Shown here in pieces: positions 13,401 to 26,710 of a stretch of DNA of 64,000 nucleotides; position 1 is the stretch's first letter, and each line of letters begins with the position of its first letter. The stretch is from Eledone cirrhosa. Taxonomy: Eukaryota. Position numbers and translations under genes: made by a program. The DNA lies in the NCBI GenBank assembly GCA_964016885.1, contig OZ024740.1, forward strand, positions 87,110,001 through 87,174,000. The letters are read 5' to 3'. The notes under the pieces are model-generated. The model ran no database searches, was not told where the DNA came from, and saw nothing but the letters and a program-made list of their open reading frames with translations.

Positions 13401-16400
13401 TAAGATAATGTGGTGGGATTTGCATGAGAGATTTGACTGCTATTTCTAGCAAAGGAAAATACATTGTACAGGATTTCTCAGCTTGACACACTTAAGTAAA
13501 ACACCAAGTCTTATCATTCAGATATGCTATGTAATCTAGTCTATTCTGAGAGTATTCTATACACATTGCCAAACTGAAGTGTGCAGCACAAATTGCCATT
13601 CATATGTATCACATCTGTTTTGATATTTACTATGTATATATAGTGAAAGGTGAGTGCAATGTAAATTCAGACAGTAAATAAGTACTGATTTAATGAGATT
13701 TACGGCAGATGGTTGGCAACCAAGCACAGTGTTCACTTAGTGTGACTTAATAACATTAATATATTACTATATTGTTGTTGTTTAGCCCCAAGTAAGCTTT
13801 ATTCAAGGTGACTTAGAATTTAAGTCATTCCAATTTTAAGTATCTTATTGTTTATTTCTTCAAGACATCTCTTAGGGTCTACATTATCAAATGTGTTATT
13901 ACTTTTTTAAGCCAAAGGTGTGTAATATGAGAGATTTGGCTGCTGTTTCTAGCAATTCAAACAATCACATATGGGCTGCTTCATTGGTTCATAGTTTGGT
14001 GTGTAAATGTGTTTTGTATTTGTATGAAAGAGGTGGGAAAGTGGGGGGTAAACATTTAAAATGGCATAGCATTTAATATTATTCTAGGCATTATGATGAG
14101 TTCAACGGTTCGTGGATGTTCTGAAATGCAACTGTAAGGGATGTGTAAATGAATGGTGACTAAACATCAATTTTGATCTCAAACTCTTTTTAGATGAACG
14201 ATGGAACAGTCTGTATCCAGCCCATCCTGAGGTCTTGAATAGTTAAAAGATTTACATTGTAGAAAAGAAGGGGTTAATTAAAAAAAAAACATACTGGCCC
14301 CATTTATGACAGATTATATCTAGTAGTCAGGGTCTGCGACTTGGTTGATCAGAGAAGTTACATCATTCTCTTGCATTCTCTATTTTGACATAGCTTCTAT
14401 AGCTGGTTGCCCTGTCTATGCCAACCACTTTACAAATTATACTGAGTACCTCTTATCATGGCACCAACATTAGAAAGGGGTGTCAAGTCCATGATAGGAC
14501 CAAAGGATTCGCTCTGTCCTATGCTGCTTCAGTTTCTATATCTCCCACTGCAGTATTGAGTGCTGACCATCATGATACCAATTCTAGACAGATTGTCTCA
14601 TCTATTTGCAAGCTAAAGGGACCTTTCCACTACATTGAGTCTCCCATCTCTCAATATATGTATTTTTAGCATTACAGTAATTGTACTGGTGGGTGTCTCT
14701 TTTGTAGTTTGGCAAATCACCAGTCAACTTGATCTTGTTTCATCTGTGATGTTCAGTTTCTTGAGGTCATTATATATACATCAAGTGCATGATCAAATGC
14801 ACCCAGTACACTCCATAAAGTGGTTGGTGATAGGTTGGCCATCTAGTTATAGAAAGCTTGCCAAGGGTTGAGATTTGTGTCAAAGGTATGTCAACCTGAT
14901 TAAGTACTGACTTAGTCTGTGATTATTCACCTAACTTTTACTAACAGGGAAAAAGGTTTTAAAATATTATATATATATACACATATATATGAAAGAGCGA
15001 TCAAGACTTGAGTTTGCTAGAAATATCACTATTTTCCTATTTCAACAAGCAGTAAATTGGCCATGCCATTAAGGCATAGGACAAAATACTTTGCAATATT
15101 TGTTTTGGCTCTTAGCATTCTGAGCTCAAATACTGCTATGGCCTAATTAGGTGTAGACTTATTATACTGGTCAGTTTAACACTACTACTTGGCCTTTGGA
15201 TGCCTTTAATAGAGTCCATTCTGTTGCACTCATTCAGACCAGAATTTCAGTATGTGGATACATTTATTTCTCCTTGCCTTCTGTATCAGAGGCCATAAAA
15301 ATGTCATAGGCACTGCTTCTCTTTCCCTGACTAAGCAGTGTAAAAGTGATATAGAAAGGATTTAATTTAATATTTTAACTAAATTACCTAAATAGAACCT
15401 GCATTGTGTGTTGAGAGGAAAAAGGTGTGTAGGCTGGCAAAGTCTAGAAACAGCTTCACTAAGAAAGAACTAATGCATTTTAATTATTGAAGTAAATAAG
15501 AAAATAATTGATGTAATAATATAATTATACACTGAATAGTTATCCAATTTTGATAATATAAACATATATATATATATATATATATTCATTTCAATTCAGA
15601 TTAGTCAACTGGAATATACTGTAAATGAACTTTATATTTGAGCATATATACTAAACAACTATACAGTATGCTGTATAGCACTGTATCAATAGCATTGTTG
15701 TAAGAGACTGTTCAGAAATTAAATTTAAAGAAAAAAATGATATAGCAAATATAATAAAATTAATGTAAATAAAAATGTAGATATTAAATCTGATTAACAG
15801 TACACAATGTCTTTCAAAAAAAAGAAATTGCACTTATGAATTTTGCAATTCAGCGAAATGATAAAAATATATAAAGCAAAAGTTGAAATTTACATAACAA
15901 TTATGTATTCAAATTAAAAATTCTATTATTTCAACATAATACAGAGAAAATAAGAAATTCATAGCCAGAAGAGCACAAGGTTGAAACTACTGTATGAAGA
16001 ATAAAATTATTGATCATTACTTCAGGAGGCAATAATAATTGTAGAATAATACCAATAGAGAGTTTATTTAGGTTTACAAGTACATATGATAGAATTTGAA
16101 AATACAGAGATTGTTTAGGAAATTAAGCATAATCAGCAGCAGGATTTATATGAAAGAAAAAAAAAAACAGCTTCTAAGATTTGATAAGGTATTTTATGAA
16201 TTAAGAAGACTTAGGAAGAAGAGCTGCATTTATGTAAGAGATAGAGAGAAAATTAGGAGAAACATTGACTCATCAAGTACAGTTCATGTGATTGGCTTCT
16301 GTGTACTCTCTGAATACCCAGTTTCACTCACACAGATTATGTAAGATATTGGAATTATGTGGTTGTGAAGAGATCTTTTTTCACCCTATGACTTGGCATA

Positions 16401-18809
16401 ATCCTACAACTGGTAATTGTATGCAAGTTTCAGTCAACAAATTTAACATTATTGCTCCTGGAAAAGCTCTCATCTGGTTTCTTCCCTTCCTCATTGCCAA
16501 GAGTTGAGGACCATGGACAATAGCACCAATGTTCATCTATAAGAGGCTGTATTTCCATGACACACATCAACTAAAAAAAATGAGATTGTTGCATCTAGAA
16601 TCTTTGTCTGGCCATTACTCAGAAGCTGGCTACTGAGTCCCAGCTCATCTACCTTCATCTGATACTGCTTATTTTATTTTTAAAGTATGCCAAAAATATT
16701 TTCCTTCCATCTATTCCCGCTCCCCTCTACTAAAAAAATGGCATACTATTTACTTTGTTCATCTATTATTACCATTACTATCCAACAACATGATTTTTGT
16801 TTCTTTCCTTTTATGATTCTATATTATGAAAATAGGTTTTATGTCCAAAACATTGATATTGTGACGCTTCCCTCACAACAAATACATTAATTTTACAATA
16901 TTTCGATTACTTTCTTCCTTAAGCCAGCAGCCTTATGGCTTAGCTATCTATGAATTTTAATGTAGTAGTAGAGTAAGTCAATCCTTTCGCAAACTTATCA
17001 TCATCTCCGTTTAACATCCATTTTTCCATGTTAGCAAGAGTTAGACGAGTTGTCCCATTGTGAGACAAGTCAGGCTAGGTGACTGTGTCTTGCTCACACA
17101 TAAATGTTTCTGGCTTAGTTTCTACAGCTAGATGCCCTTCCTAACACCAACCACAGTTACAGCGTGGAGTGGGTTCCTTTTGTCATGGCTCCAAGATAAC
17201 TGCTTTGTATTGGCTGGTATTTAACTTAAGTTTATGTGTGGCTGAAATAAGAGTAATTTTTTTTACTTGTTTAATGAGAAAGAAGGGCAATGCCCATGAA
17301 CCTCTTCAAGGCCTACAATAGAGAAAGAACAGTAGCATCAAACTGGGATTCTGTCAGGGGTTGGTGTTTAACCAAGTGACAGATTAACTCTACCACCCAT
17401 TCAAACTAGAGAATTTGATGTCTATTCTTGATAACTAGGTGGCTTGCTAAGGGATACAGCAAAACCACTCTAGTGAATATATATTTAAAAAACTGTGAGC
17501 AGATATCAACTTCTATAATACTATAATATCAACTTTGAAGGATTCAATTCTCTCTTACCAGATTAAAGCCAATATATAAAAAAAAAGTAAAAGATGAATA
17601 TGAATATAGTTGAACATCAATATCTTTTTCCTCAAAGGCTAGAAAAAATATTGGATTGCAGGGACTTTTTCTTCTTCACCCATTTAATCTTGAAAGGATC
17701 TTGATTGCAGAGTTATCAGACACACCTTCCTATTGGAAGCAACACCCTCCAATTGATTCACTTGGACCCCCAAGCAAGATTAACCGAGTTTTGATGAAGA
17801 CTAAAAAATAATTACATTCTGTATTGACAGCATCCACTCTAGCAAATTTTATATCATATGTTCACAGCAAATACCGGAAGCAGGCATACACCAAAAAATC
17901 AAAATATATGTAATATACGCTGACTTTCACAACAACCCACACAATTGATGACATCATGGTTGAATGTTCTGTGTAGAACATATACTGGTTGAAGCAAGGT
18001 AAATATGGTTTTCTCTAAAATATTGGGTTATCCATCTAATCTTATCATACTAATTCTGTTCCATTACAACTGAACAGAGCTACCGATGAGTAACTTTTAA
18101 TAAATTGTAGTCAATTTCAATTTGTTACAAGAGCTGAAACAACTTTTACATTGAACTAGAGCTATGTAAATCAATTTCAGATAGGTAAGAACAACAGAGC
18201 CACCGTTATCACTAGATTCATAATTTGAATCAAGGAGTCATTTCCTGTTGCAAACATTAAACTGAAGATGGCTACCTCATTATCTATACAACATATTTGA
18301 GAGTATATGTGTGTATGTATGGGTGTGTTGCCAGAAGGCTCTGAATTTGATTTTTGAAATCTGCATCTCAAGTAGAGGGTTTTTGAGAACATGTAGTTTC
18401 TTAATTCCGAAAAATATAAAATAAAAATAAAACAACAGCAAATAGTAATACTAACAATCACTGTTACTGTTACAATTTAAGTAGTCTGGCTTTTATTGAC
18501 TGTCTCAACTATTCTTTCAATATGACTTTGTTATTCCGTCCATCCATGCTGTCACAGGTTTGCTATGAAGCAGAGTTGTCCTCACAGAGGGCTCCCGATG
18601 TTTACATGAAGACACTCATTAAAGTACACAAGCCACTGATACCACTTCAACATTTACTGAGTAAATTTCCATAGAAACCACCTTGGGGACAATTGAGAAT
18701 TCATAGGGATGGACCACAGGGAATAAGTAATGGAAGATGAAGCACAAGGGAGACATGGAATAAAAAAGAAAATTGAAAGAAAGATATTATATGGGGAAAA
18801 TTGGCTGGC

Positions 18810-18975
18810 AGGCACAAGGCCAGCAATTACCCAGTCCATTACTGGTACTTTATTTTATCGACCCCGTAAGGATGAAAGGCAAAGTTAACCTCGGCAGGAT
18901 TTGAACTCAGAATGGCAAGGGCGGTAACTCTATGCGTCAAAGCATGGCGTCCGACCCTCTACCAATACTGCCAAT
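18810..18975 (-). mobile_element. SINE family B
   Basis: ggcacaaggccagcaattacccag...tcgaccccgtaaggatgaaaggcaaagttaacctcggc...tttgaactcag. Confidence 0.85.
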
Positions 18976-19837
18976 AGATATATAATAATATCAAATCTGG
19001 GAAGAAGGAATGAGGGTGTCTTTAGTCTAATAAGTAACATGCCAAGTAACTCAGGTTGTTTTGATTTGTTTCTTCAGAATTTGTACAAGTAAATCGATCG
19101 TAAAAATGCTAGAAAGATAAATTATGACTGAAAAGTTTGGGTTAAAAAAATCAAAGATTTCACTTAGGTGAGCCATTCAGAAAGCTTCGCAGGCCGCAGG
19201 TTGCCCATGACTGTACTGTACAATCAGATGAAATAAGAATCATTCCTTGTAATTAAAGAAATACAATGGTACACAATAGAAAGATTTATAGGATAGTGTG
19301 AATCCAAAGAAAATAACTAAAATTCATTTGTGTTTAAATTGCTTCATTTTTATGTATAATGCATCACCTCCCAAACTGCTATAAAATATGATGCTGTTAT
19401 TCAGACACATTATTATCTATTCATTATAGCAGAAGTCATCTTGGGGACAATAATGCAATAACTAACAGAGAAAGAGTATGTGGTGCCTAGGTAGATATTT
19501 CTGTCGATGATTGTTTGGTATCCCCACAGGTAAAGACTAAATTAAGGATACAGATATTTAAGTAGAAAAAGACTTACAAGTTCAGTTGTTTAATATACAA
19601 ATTGTGGACAGTAAAAAAGGATAAAAGGAAAGATAAATGAAAAAGTAATACACAATAATGATGAAGAAGAAAAACCTAACATTTATAGGTAAAGTAACTT
19701 GAGGTGCATTTGTATAAGAAAATAAAACTGCCGTAACATTAATATCTAAAATAACTAAAGACAGAACTAAAGTTTCTTATTTTAGCTAACACAAGTTAAC
19801 AACAATGTTATTTAGAGGAAAAAAGTAAATAACTTAC

Positions 19838-19969
19838 CTAAAGCAAAGCCGTTTTTGCTCCATTGCATTGCTCCACTTTGATTCATGACTTCACATTTTA
19901 ATATCACAGTTTGGTCTTTAATAGCAGAAACATTTTGAGGTCTAGTTCGAAACATTTGTCTTCCTTGTG
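19838..19969 (-). CDS. Internal exon (phase 1-1, 132 bp) of a nephrin/Sticks-and-stones/SYG-2-like Ig-superfamily gene; N-terminal half of Ig domain 1
   Basis: Acceptor atttatttcag| and donor |gtaagt. Translation QGRQMFRTRPQNVSAIKDQTVILKCEVMNQSGAMQWSKNGFALG carries the Ig B-strand LxC and the QWxKxGFALG signature of the first Ig domain of nephrin/Sns. Kirre/NEPH has a related motif, so orthology is not settled. Confidence 0.88.
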
Positions 19970-21926
19970 CTGAAATAAATCAGAAGATAGAACGTGTGAA
20001 AGTCAAGGTTACATGGACATTACCAATTTAGCTGAAATTAAAATAACATATATTGCAGTCTGACAATAAATATGGTAATTTAGTAATGGACTTAGTTTTT
20101 ATATAGGAATTAAACATTTAAAAAATGTAAAATACAATGCTTTTTCACAATATTTGAATTTAAAATTCTCATTTAGAAATTATAAAACATTTATTGCTAT
20201 AAAGTGCCCAAATGTGAAGATCATTAAATGAAGAATCGTTGTAACAGGTTAAAATAAAATTTATACAGTATGCATGCAACTCTAGATAAGGAATAGTTTG
20301 TTAATTTGGACATTATTAGGATAAATAAAAAAGGTGTTTGCTTCACAAAAATTCAACAACAAAGAAACAGTTGAAATATACTGTTCTCAGGTCCAAACCA
20401 AAACTGCTAATTCAACCGTCTTTGAGACTATAACAGAAGAAACTTGTAGAAGGTGCCATGCTCTGGAATTGAACCTGAAACACAACTGTGATGAGTTTCT
20501 TAACCACTCAGCCTTGGAATGATAAAAGTGTAATCTTCACCCCAGTTGGGTTTGGAGACAAAACACAAACTGGAATAAATACTACAGGGATGGTTGTATA
20601 ACTCCAGAGGCAGTTGTAGGGTACCATAGTGCAATTTCTATGGTATTTTAAGCCTGGCAGACCCCATCTCTCTCCAGGTCTGAACAAAGTACTAGACTGG
20701 TAGCTTTTTTATTTTCTTCAACTTTGAAAGGATGCAAGGAAAAGTTGGCTTCAACTGGATTTGAACTCAGAAAGAAGAGAGCTGGAATGAATACCACAGA
20801 GCTCTAATAACTCAGCCATTTCGCTGCCTGGAATAAATATTACAGGCATTAAATCCAAAGATCTAACACTTCTTTCCAGACTCCAATAATATTTTCAAGA
20901 CTTTTTTAGTAGTTCACCTTAAGGCTAAACTTTTTCTCACCATATTTTTAAAAACAGACAATGCCTAAAATGTTTAAATAATTTTGAAAATAATAAACAA
21001 TGTGGAAGCATTTAGTAATATAACCAACTTTCTCATTATTAAACTGGTGCTTAGAAGATATGGTTCCTACATAAAATTATGATAAAAGGTTTTTAGATAA
21101 ACATAATTAAAAATAGTGTTTTTTTTATTTTTTATTGTAGAATTAGAGGCAGTTTGGTATGAAATAGGTTAACGAGGTTCCACCTAATTTGGATCACTAG
21201 TATACCTTTATTCAAGTGTTTTCGTTAATTAGAACTGAAAACAAACCTATACTAAAACTGATTTTGTTACTCTCATTAAATTTTCAAATAAATAGTTTCA
21301 TTATAATCAACTACTGAACAAATAATGTATTACAGTGTCAGTTAATTTTATTAAGTCTTACTTTCTTCTCTAACTCAATTTTATAATGCAGTAAAATTTG
21401 CGATAATTTCTCAATGACATAATAACATGCAGCAAAAGAGTTTCAAAATGTCTGTATATCAAGAATATGTTACTATATTAGCAACTGTTACTATATTAAG
21501 TTAACATTTTAAAATGCTGAACTAGTTATTCATCATGTGATATACTTTCTTTTTCTATTAATCTTTGATGGCTTTCAGGTATTAGACCATGGCCATGCTG
21601 TAATACTGTCTTGATGGGATTTAGCCCACAATTCAAACTATATTAATGCCATTACAGTTTATAAATCTCTTTTTGTCTTACACTAAGTTATGGGATATAA
21701 AGAAACAGCAAACTTAAACACAGATATGGACAAATGCACACACACACACACACAAGCATAAACACAACAGGCCTTCACACATTTTCTATCTAGTAAATGT
21801 CACTCACAAAGGATTGGTCAGCCCAAAGTTATAGTATTTGACACTTGCCCAAGATGCCTCAAAGTGAGACAGAAACCAAAGCAATGTGGTTGAAAACCAC
21901 ATACCTTGATCTGACATTCATGCTTG

Positions 21927-22345
21927 CATCATCATCATTTTACGTCCGCTTTTCCCTGCTTGCAAGGGTGGGACGGGTCTTATTCAGCACAGCATCTCTC
22001 CACTCGTCACGGTCCTTCGTTATCTCCACCGTGAGCTTCAATGATCTGAGGTCTGTTCTCACCACCTCCGCCCATGTTTTTCGTGGTCTACCTCTACCAC
22101 GTCTTCCTTCAACTGGCCTTTCCTGGCACTTCTTCACCCATCGGTCATCCTCCATGCGCATCACATGTCCATACCACCTCAGTCTCCTCTCCCGTACACT
22201 ACATTCTATCCCTCTCAGACACAGTTTCTCTCTGAACACATTTATGCTGGGTCGTTCACGCACATTTACACTGCACATCCAACGGAGCATGCTTGCCTCA
22301 TTTCTCTCCAGCCGTCGCATATCCTCTGCAGTTGCTGCCCATGCT

Positions 22346-22349
<4 letters not shown>
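21927..22349 (-). mobile_element. 5'-truncated RTE LINE, family 2 (ORF C-terminus plus (GAT)n tail)
   Basis: Open ORF ...RRLERNEASMLRWMC...RRLRWYGHVMRM...GRRGRGRPRKTW...DRDEWR, with (CAT)n tail at 21927 and (TA)n at the 5' break. Confidence 0.92.
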
Positions 22350-22391
<42 letters not shown>

Positions 22392-22479
22392 GAATTGTTA
22401 AAACTATGAATGCATTTGAATGGTAAACTTAAAGATGTAGTTATGCAAATGTATTGGAAAGAATAATAATTATTGTAGC

Positions 22480-22715
22480 ACTGGATAGGTTTGCTGATGC
22501 GTGATGCAAGACAGGAATGAAACTCTGTAAAGATTGAGATTTGTTTTCTGAGAAAAGCCTGCACAATCTTCTCTGCATGTGAATGAAGTTATACAGAAGC
22601 AGGTAGAGACGTTCAAGTATATTGATGCTGTTTTCATGAGTGTTGGAAGGCAGGAAGCTGAATTAAATGAAAGAATTGCTGGAGCTGGCACAGTAATGGG
22701 CTAGTTTCAGCATTT
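22480..22715 (+). mobile_element. Degenerate RTE (Rex3/Expander-like) RT fragment
   Basis: Remnant motifs LDRFADA...GMK...KQVETFKYI..VFMSVGRQEAELNERIAGAGTVM, matching the region after YADD. Confidence 0.6.
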
Positions 22716-23700
22716 GGTCATCAGAAAAAGTGATTCTTTCTGTCTGTCTACCAATGTAACATATTCAAATACTCCAAAATTAGTGATGTATGTCTACCAA
22801 CATTTTGACCTCTCCAACCATCAAAATATTTGGTGAATAATTCCGAAGTATTTATCATAGGGTTGGTGATGTGAGAGAGAAGACATGATGAAAGGAGGAG
22901 AGATTGATACATCTGGTAGCAAGAATATAGACGGTAGGCCAGTCCAAATAAACAGAGGCAGTAGCAGTATAAGAAACAGAGAGGGAGATGTCATGTCTCT
23001 GTTTTCCAATAGATAGAGCATGTTGGTGAACAAGCACTTGTGATATAGCTAAATGGATGTTATCTACAATGTTTATATGTAGTAGCAACACCATTCCAAA
23101 CATATAAGCAGTGTTTCCAATATAATTCATGGTTTAGTTTTATATTCAGTATAACTGGTAATGCACCTAAACAATTACTAGATCTACATACAAGTTCCAT
23201 CTGGTTTTCACCATTCTGTTTTGTATTTTTTTAATTTTACAATATGTTAACTTTATTCACACTAATTTAAAAATTACAAATTAATTCTTTGATCAATCCA
23301 GGCTTATTTAACAATTAATTAATTATTGAAAATAATTTCAGTTTGTAAATTAGTGACCAATTAATTATATTTTACATTACTTTTTATTTATCTTTATACA
23401 ATGATTTCTCAATTTTTATTAACCATCATGACAGCTTTGTAGATATATCTACAAACAGTCACCGTCATCAACATCGCTTTATTCCAATTTTTCCATGCTG
23501 GTATTGGTTAGAAGAGACTTCTTTCGGTATTATTCTATGCCTTGATGCCTTTCCTGATACCAACTGTTTTCAAGTAAAGATTTTTATTCCACTTGTGTTT
23601 ACATATGGAATATGTGAGCTGCAAGACATATTGTTTATGTGGGACATAAACAAACATCGTCCAAGTAGTATCAAATGTTAAAACAAAGATACACATTATA

Positions 23701-24040
23701 CATGGCTTAGTGGTTAGAGCATTGGCCTTGCAATCGAAAGGTTGCGAGTTCAATTCTCAGACCGGGTGATGTGTTGTTTCCTTGAGCAAGACACTTTATT
23801 TCACATTGCTCCAGTTTACTCAGCTGTAGAAATGAGATGATATGGACTGGGGTCCCTATCATTCCACTGCAAAGTGGTCGTGGAGGTGCCACGGAAAAAA
23901 AAAATATCCAGCACTCACTGTAAATGAGGTTGGTGTTAGGAAGGGCATCCAGCTGTAGAAATCAAGCCAGAATTAGTTCCCGTCCCACCCTTGCAAGCAG
24001 GGAAAAGCAGACGTAAAATGACGATGATGGTGATGATGAT
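23701..24040 (+). mobile_element. SINE family A
   Basis: tggcttagtggttagagc A box, gagttcaattc B box, RTE-like tail with (GAT)n. Confidence 0.9.
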
Positions 24041-24047
24041 ATATATA

Positions 24048-24307
24048 TCGACAGTCGATCGACATGATCCTAGACCTAATTCGCTTAACGAGTGGGGTGG
24101 AGCTCGTGAAATCGGACTGAGAAAACAATGTTTCCATTGGTCTTTCCAATTGCTAATGCTATCTGTCGATCACAAATCCAGGCAGAAGGAGCAATGTGAA
24201 ATAAAGTGTCGCGCTCAAGGACATAACGCATCACCAGGTCCAGGAATCAAAATCACAACCTCACGATTATGAAACCAATTCTCTAACCACTCAGCCACGT
24301 GCCTTCA
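24048..24307 (-). mobile_element. SINE family A2 (related tRNA head and core, different tail)
   Basis: Head ggcacgtggctgagtggttagag. The tail gcaattggaaagaccaatggaaacattg is shared with 55789-56000. Confidence 0.75.
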
Positions 24308-24682
24308 CACACATATATATATATATATATATGTAGTTGTTCTGTCTCAGTCCCTACCAAATTTTGCTCAAAAGGCATTGGTCTATCAATAGCTATAGTA
24401 GAAGTTACTTGCCCAAGGTGCCATGAAGTAGGATCAAACCTGAAACCACATGATTGTGAAGTAAACATTTTGACATCACAGAGACAAAATTTGCTGTCCA
24501 GTTTAGCACCAACATTTAGCCCTTGGCTGCCTTTAGCAGAGGTCATTGGTTACAAGCAATCAGGTTAGGTTTCTGATTTAAGGACCCTTTCTTCTCTTTA
24601 TCCCTCCCACCAATTTCAAAGTATTTGAAAAGGGTCATGGGCACCTCACTTTTCCTGACTAAGTAAAAAAAAAATGTGTTTG

Positions 24683-25110
24683 ATTAACCTTTTCGATATT
24701 CACTATGATTTTCAAATGTTTTTGAAAATATTCAAGAATTTAAAGTAATTTACTAAAATAATTTCTAAATTTAAAGCTGGTGTTTGGAACATAAATGTTC
24801 TTAGTTAAAACATTTCCAAATACCCAGCTTTGTATAGTGGTAACAGGAGTGGTTTAGCCCTTTAGTATTTAAACCAGCCATATCCGTCCAGAATTCTCTC
24901 ACCTCTTTCTGTTCAAACATTCTGTAACTGTCCACTCATACCTACATTAATGTATTGTTCTCAAAATGAATAACATCATAATCTTGTAGATTTGATATTA
25001 TGTGATGTAATTATGTAAGATAGAGCCTTTACTATGAAAAATACAATAGTATATATATAGAGTAATGTAAATGTTAAAGGGTTAGGGTAGTTTGGTATCA
25101 AAAAGGGCAA
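24683..25110. mobile_element. Nested piggyBac-like MITE remnants
   Basis: Outer ttaaccttttcgata...tatcaaaaagggcaa. Inner (24853-25084) ttagccctttagtattt...aatgttaaagggttag. Confidence 0.45.
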
Positions 25111-26042
25111 TGTTCAAGTTAAATCATTCAACATCTGTAGTCATACATTTATGACACTTTTTGTAAAAAAGTATTTTGTTGTAAGATTTTATAACAATCT
25201 TGTAAAACACTTGATATTTAAAGTCATTCTTCTGCTTCATCTTCATCATTATTTAGGAAAATGTCTATTTAAGTAATTATATTTAGATAGAAGAGAATAC
25301 AGAAATCATATATATTTGAAATAATTTCAAGTATTCTCCTCAAACAAATGTCTTGACATATGAACAGACTGAATTGCCTCCATTTTTCCCATTGATAAAG
25401 TTATAAAGATATTAGCAGCAACTACTTTATAGATAGTAAAATCAAATAAGACTAAAATGCATTTTAGGATATAGATATTTGATTAGTGTACTTTTAAAAG
25501 AAAATAGATAAGGTGCAAAGCGTTTTACAATTTCAACACTCTGATTCTGCAATTGCATGTAAATTAATTATGAAATAGTGCTAATCAAATGTTTCTACAG
25601 CTGCCACCCAAAGATATGAATGCAATCATAAGGAAAGAAATCTGATATATCTTCTAGTTTTGTAAAATTTATGTGTTGGGAGTTCTTATGCAAACTGACA
25701 GACATTGTTCCAAAACATCATCTACCTTCATATTACATTGAAAGTACTCTCTAACACATGTTAAGAATTTCAAATTTCCCATCCATGCAATTTCTCTTTC
25801 ACTCTTTTCTGCTGAAGTCTTCATGAAAGTCTCAAGACTGAAATATGGTTTAGACTGTTACACAATGCATAACGAAACTAAAGGTTGCATGCCAGATTAT
25901 ATTTACTGTATTTCTTGACTACATTGAATTATACCATCTCTAAAACACAGTACAGGTATATACAAATATTTGATTGCCTGAAATTACATTACATTACAGT
26001 TCAAACAGAGCTACTTGACTATACTATTAGCCATTGTAATAA

Positions 26043-26710
26043 TGGTTTCTGATTTAGGCACAAGGCTAACAATTGTTTTTTTTTTGTGTGTGGGGGGGGT
26101 TATTAAATTGACCCCAATGCCTTAGTGGTACTTTATTTTATCGACCCCATAAGGATGAAAGATCTTGGCAGGATTTGAACTAGGAACATAAAGGGCCATA
26201 ACTATATGATGTAAAGCATGTAGTCCACCGCTCTACTGATACTGCTAATCAACCACCCTTCACATTGTAATAATAATAATAATTGTTTCGATATTTGGCA
26301 CAAGACCAGCAATTTAAAGGGAAAGGGAAAGTCAATTAAATTGACCCCAGTGTGTTACTGGTACTCTATTTTATCAACCCCATAATGATGAAAAGCAAAG
26401 CTAATCTTGGCAAGATTTGAACTCAGAACATAAAAGGACATAACTATATGTCATAAAGCATGTTGTTCACTGCTCTACTGATTCTGCCAATCCACTGCCT
26501 TACCTATAGTAATAATAATTATTTCTACTTTTGGCACAAGGCCAGCAATTACCCCAGTGCATTACTGGTACTTTATTTTATCGACCCTGTAAGGATAAAA
26601 GGCAAAGTTAACCATGGCGGTTATGAATCTGGGCCGTAAAGGACCATAACTTTATGCTGCAAAGCATGGTGTCTGATACTCTACTGATACTGCCAATCCA
26701 CCACCCTTTG
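26043..26710 (-). mobile_element. Three head-to-tail SINE family B copies
   Basis: Copies at ~26043-26260, ~26281-26500 and ~26520-26710, joined by (AAT)n tails. Confidence 0.85.

Noticed and set aside
23701-23775. tRNA gene calls at SINE heads
   Set aside because: A/B boxes run directly into SINE core and LINE-derived tails in multiple dispersed copies, so these are SINEs, not tRNA genes.
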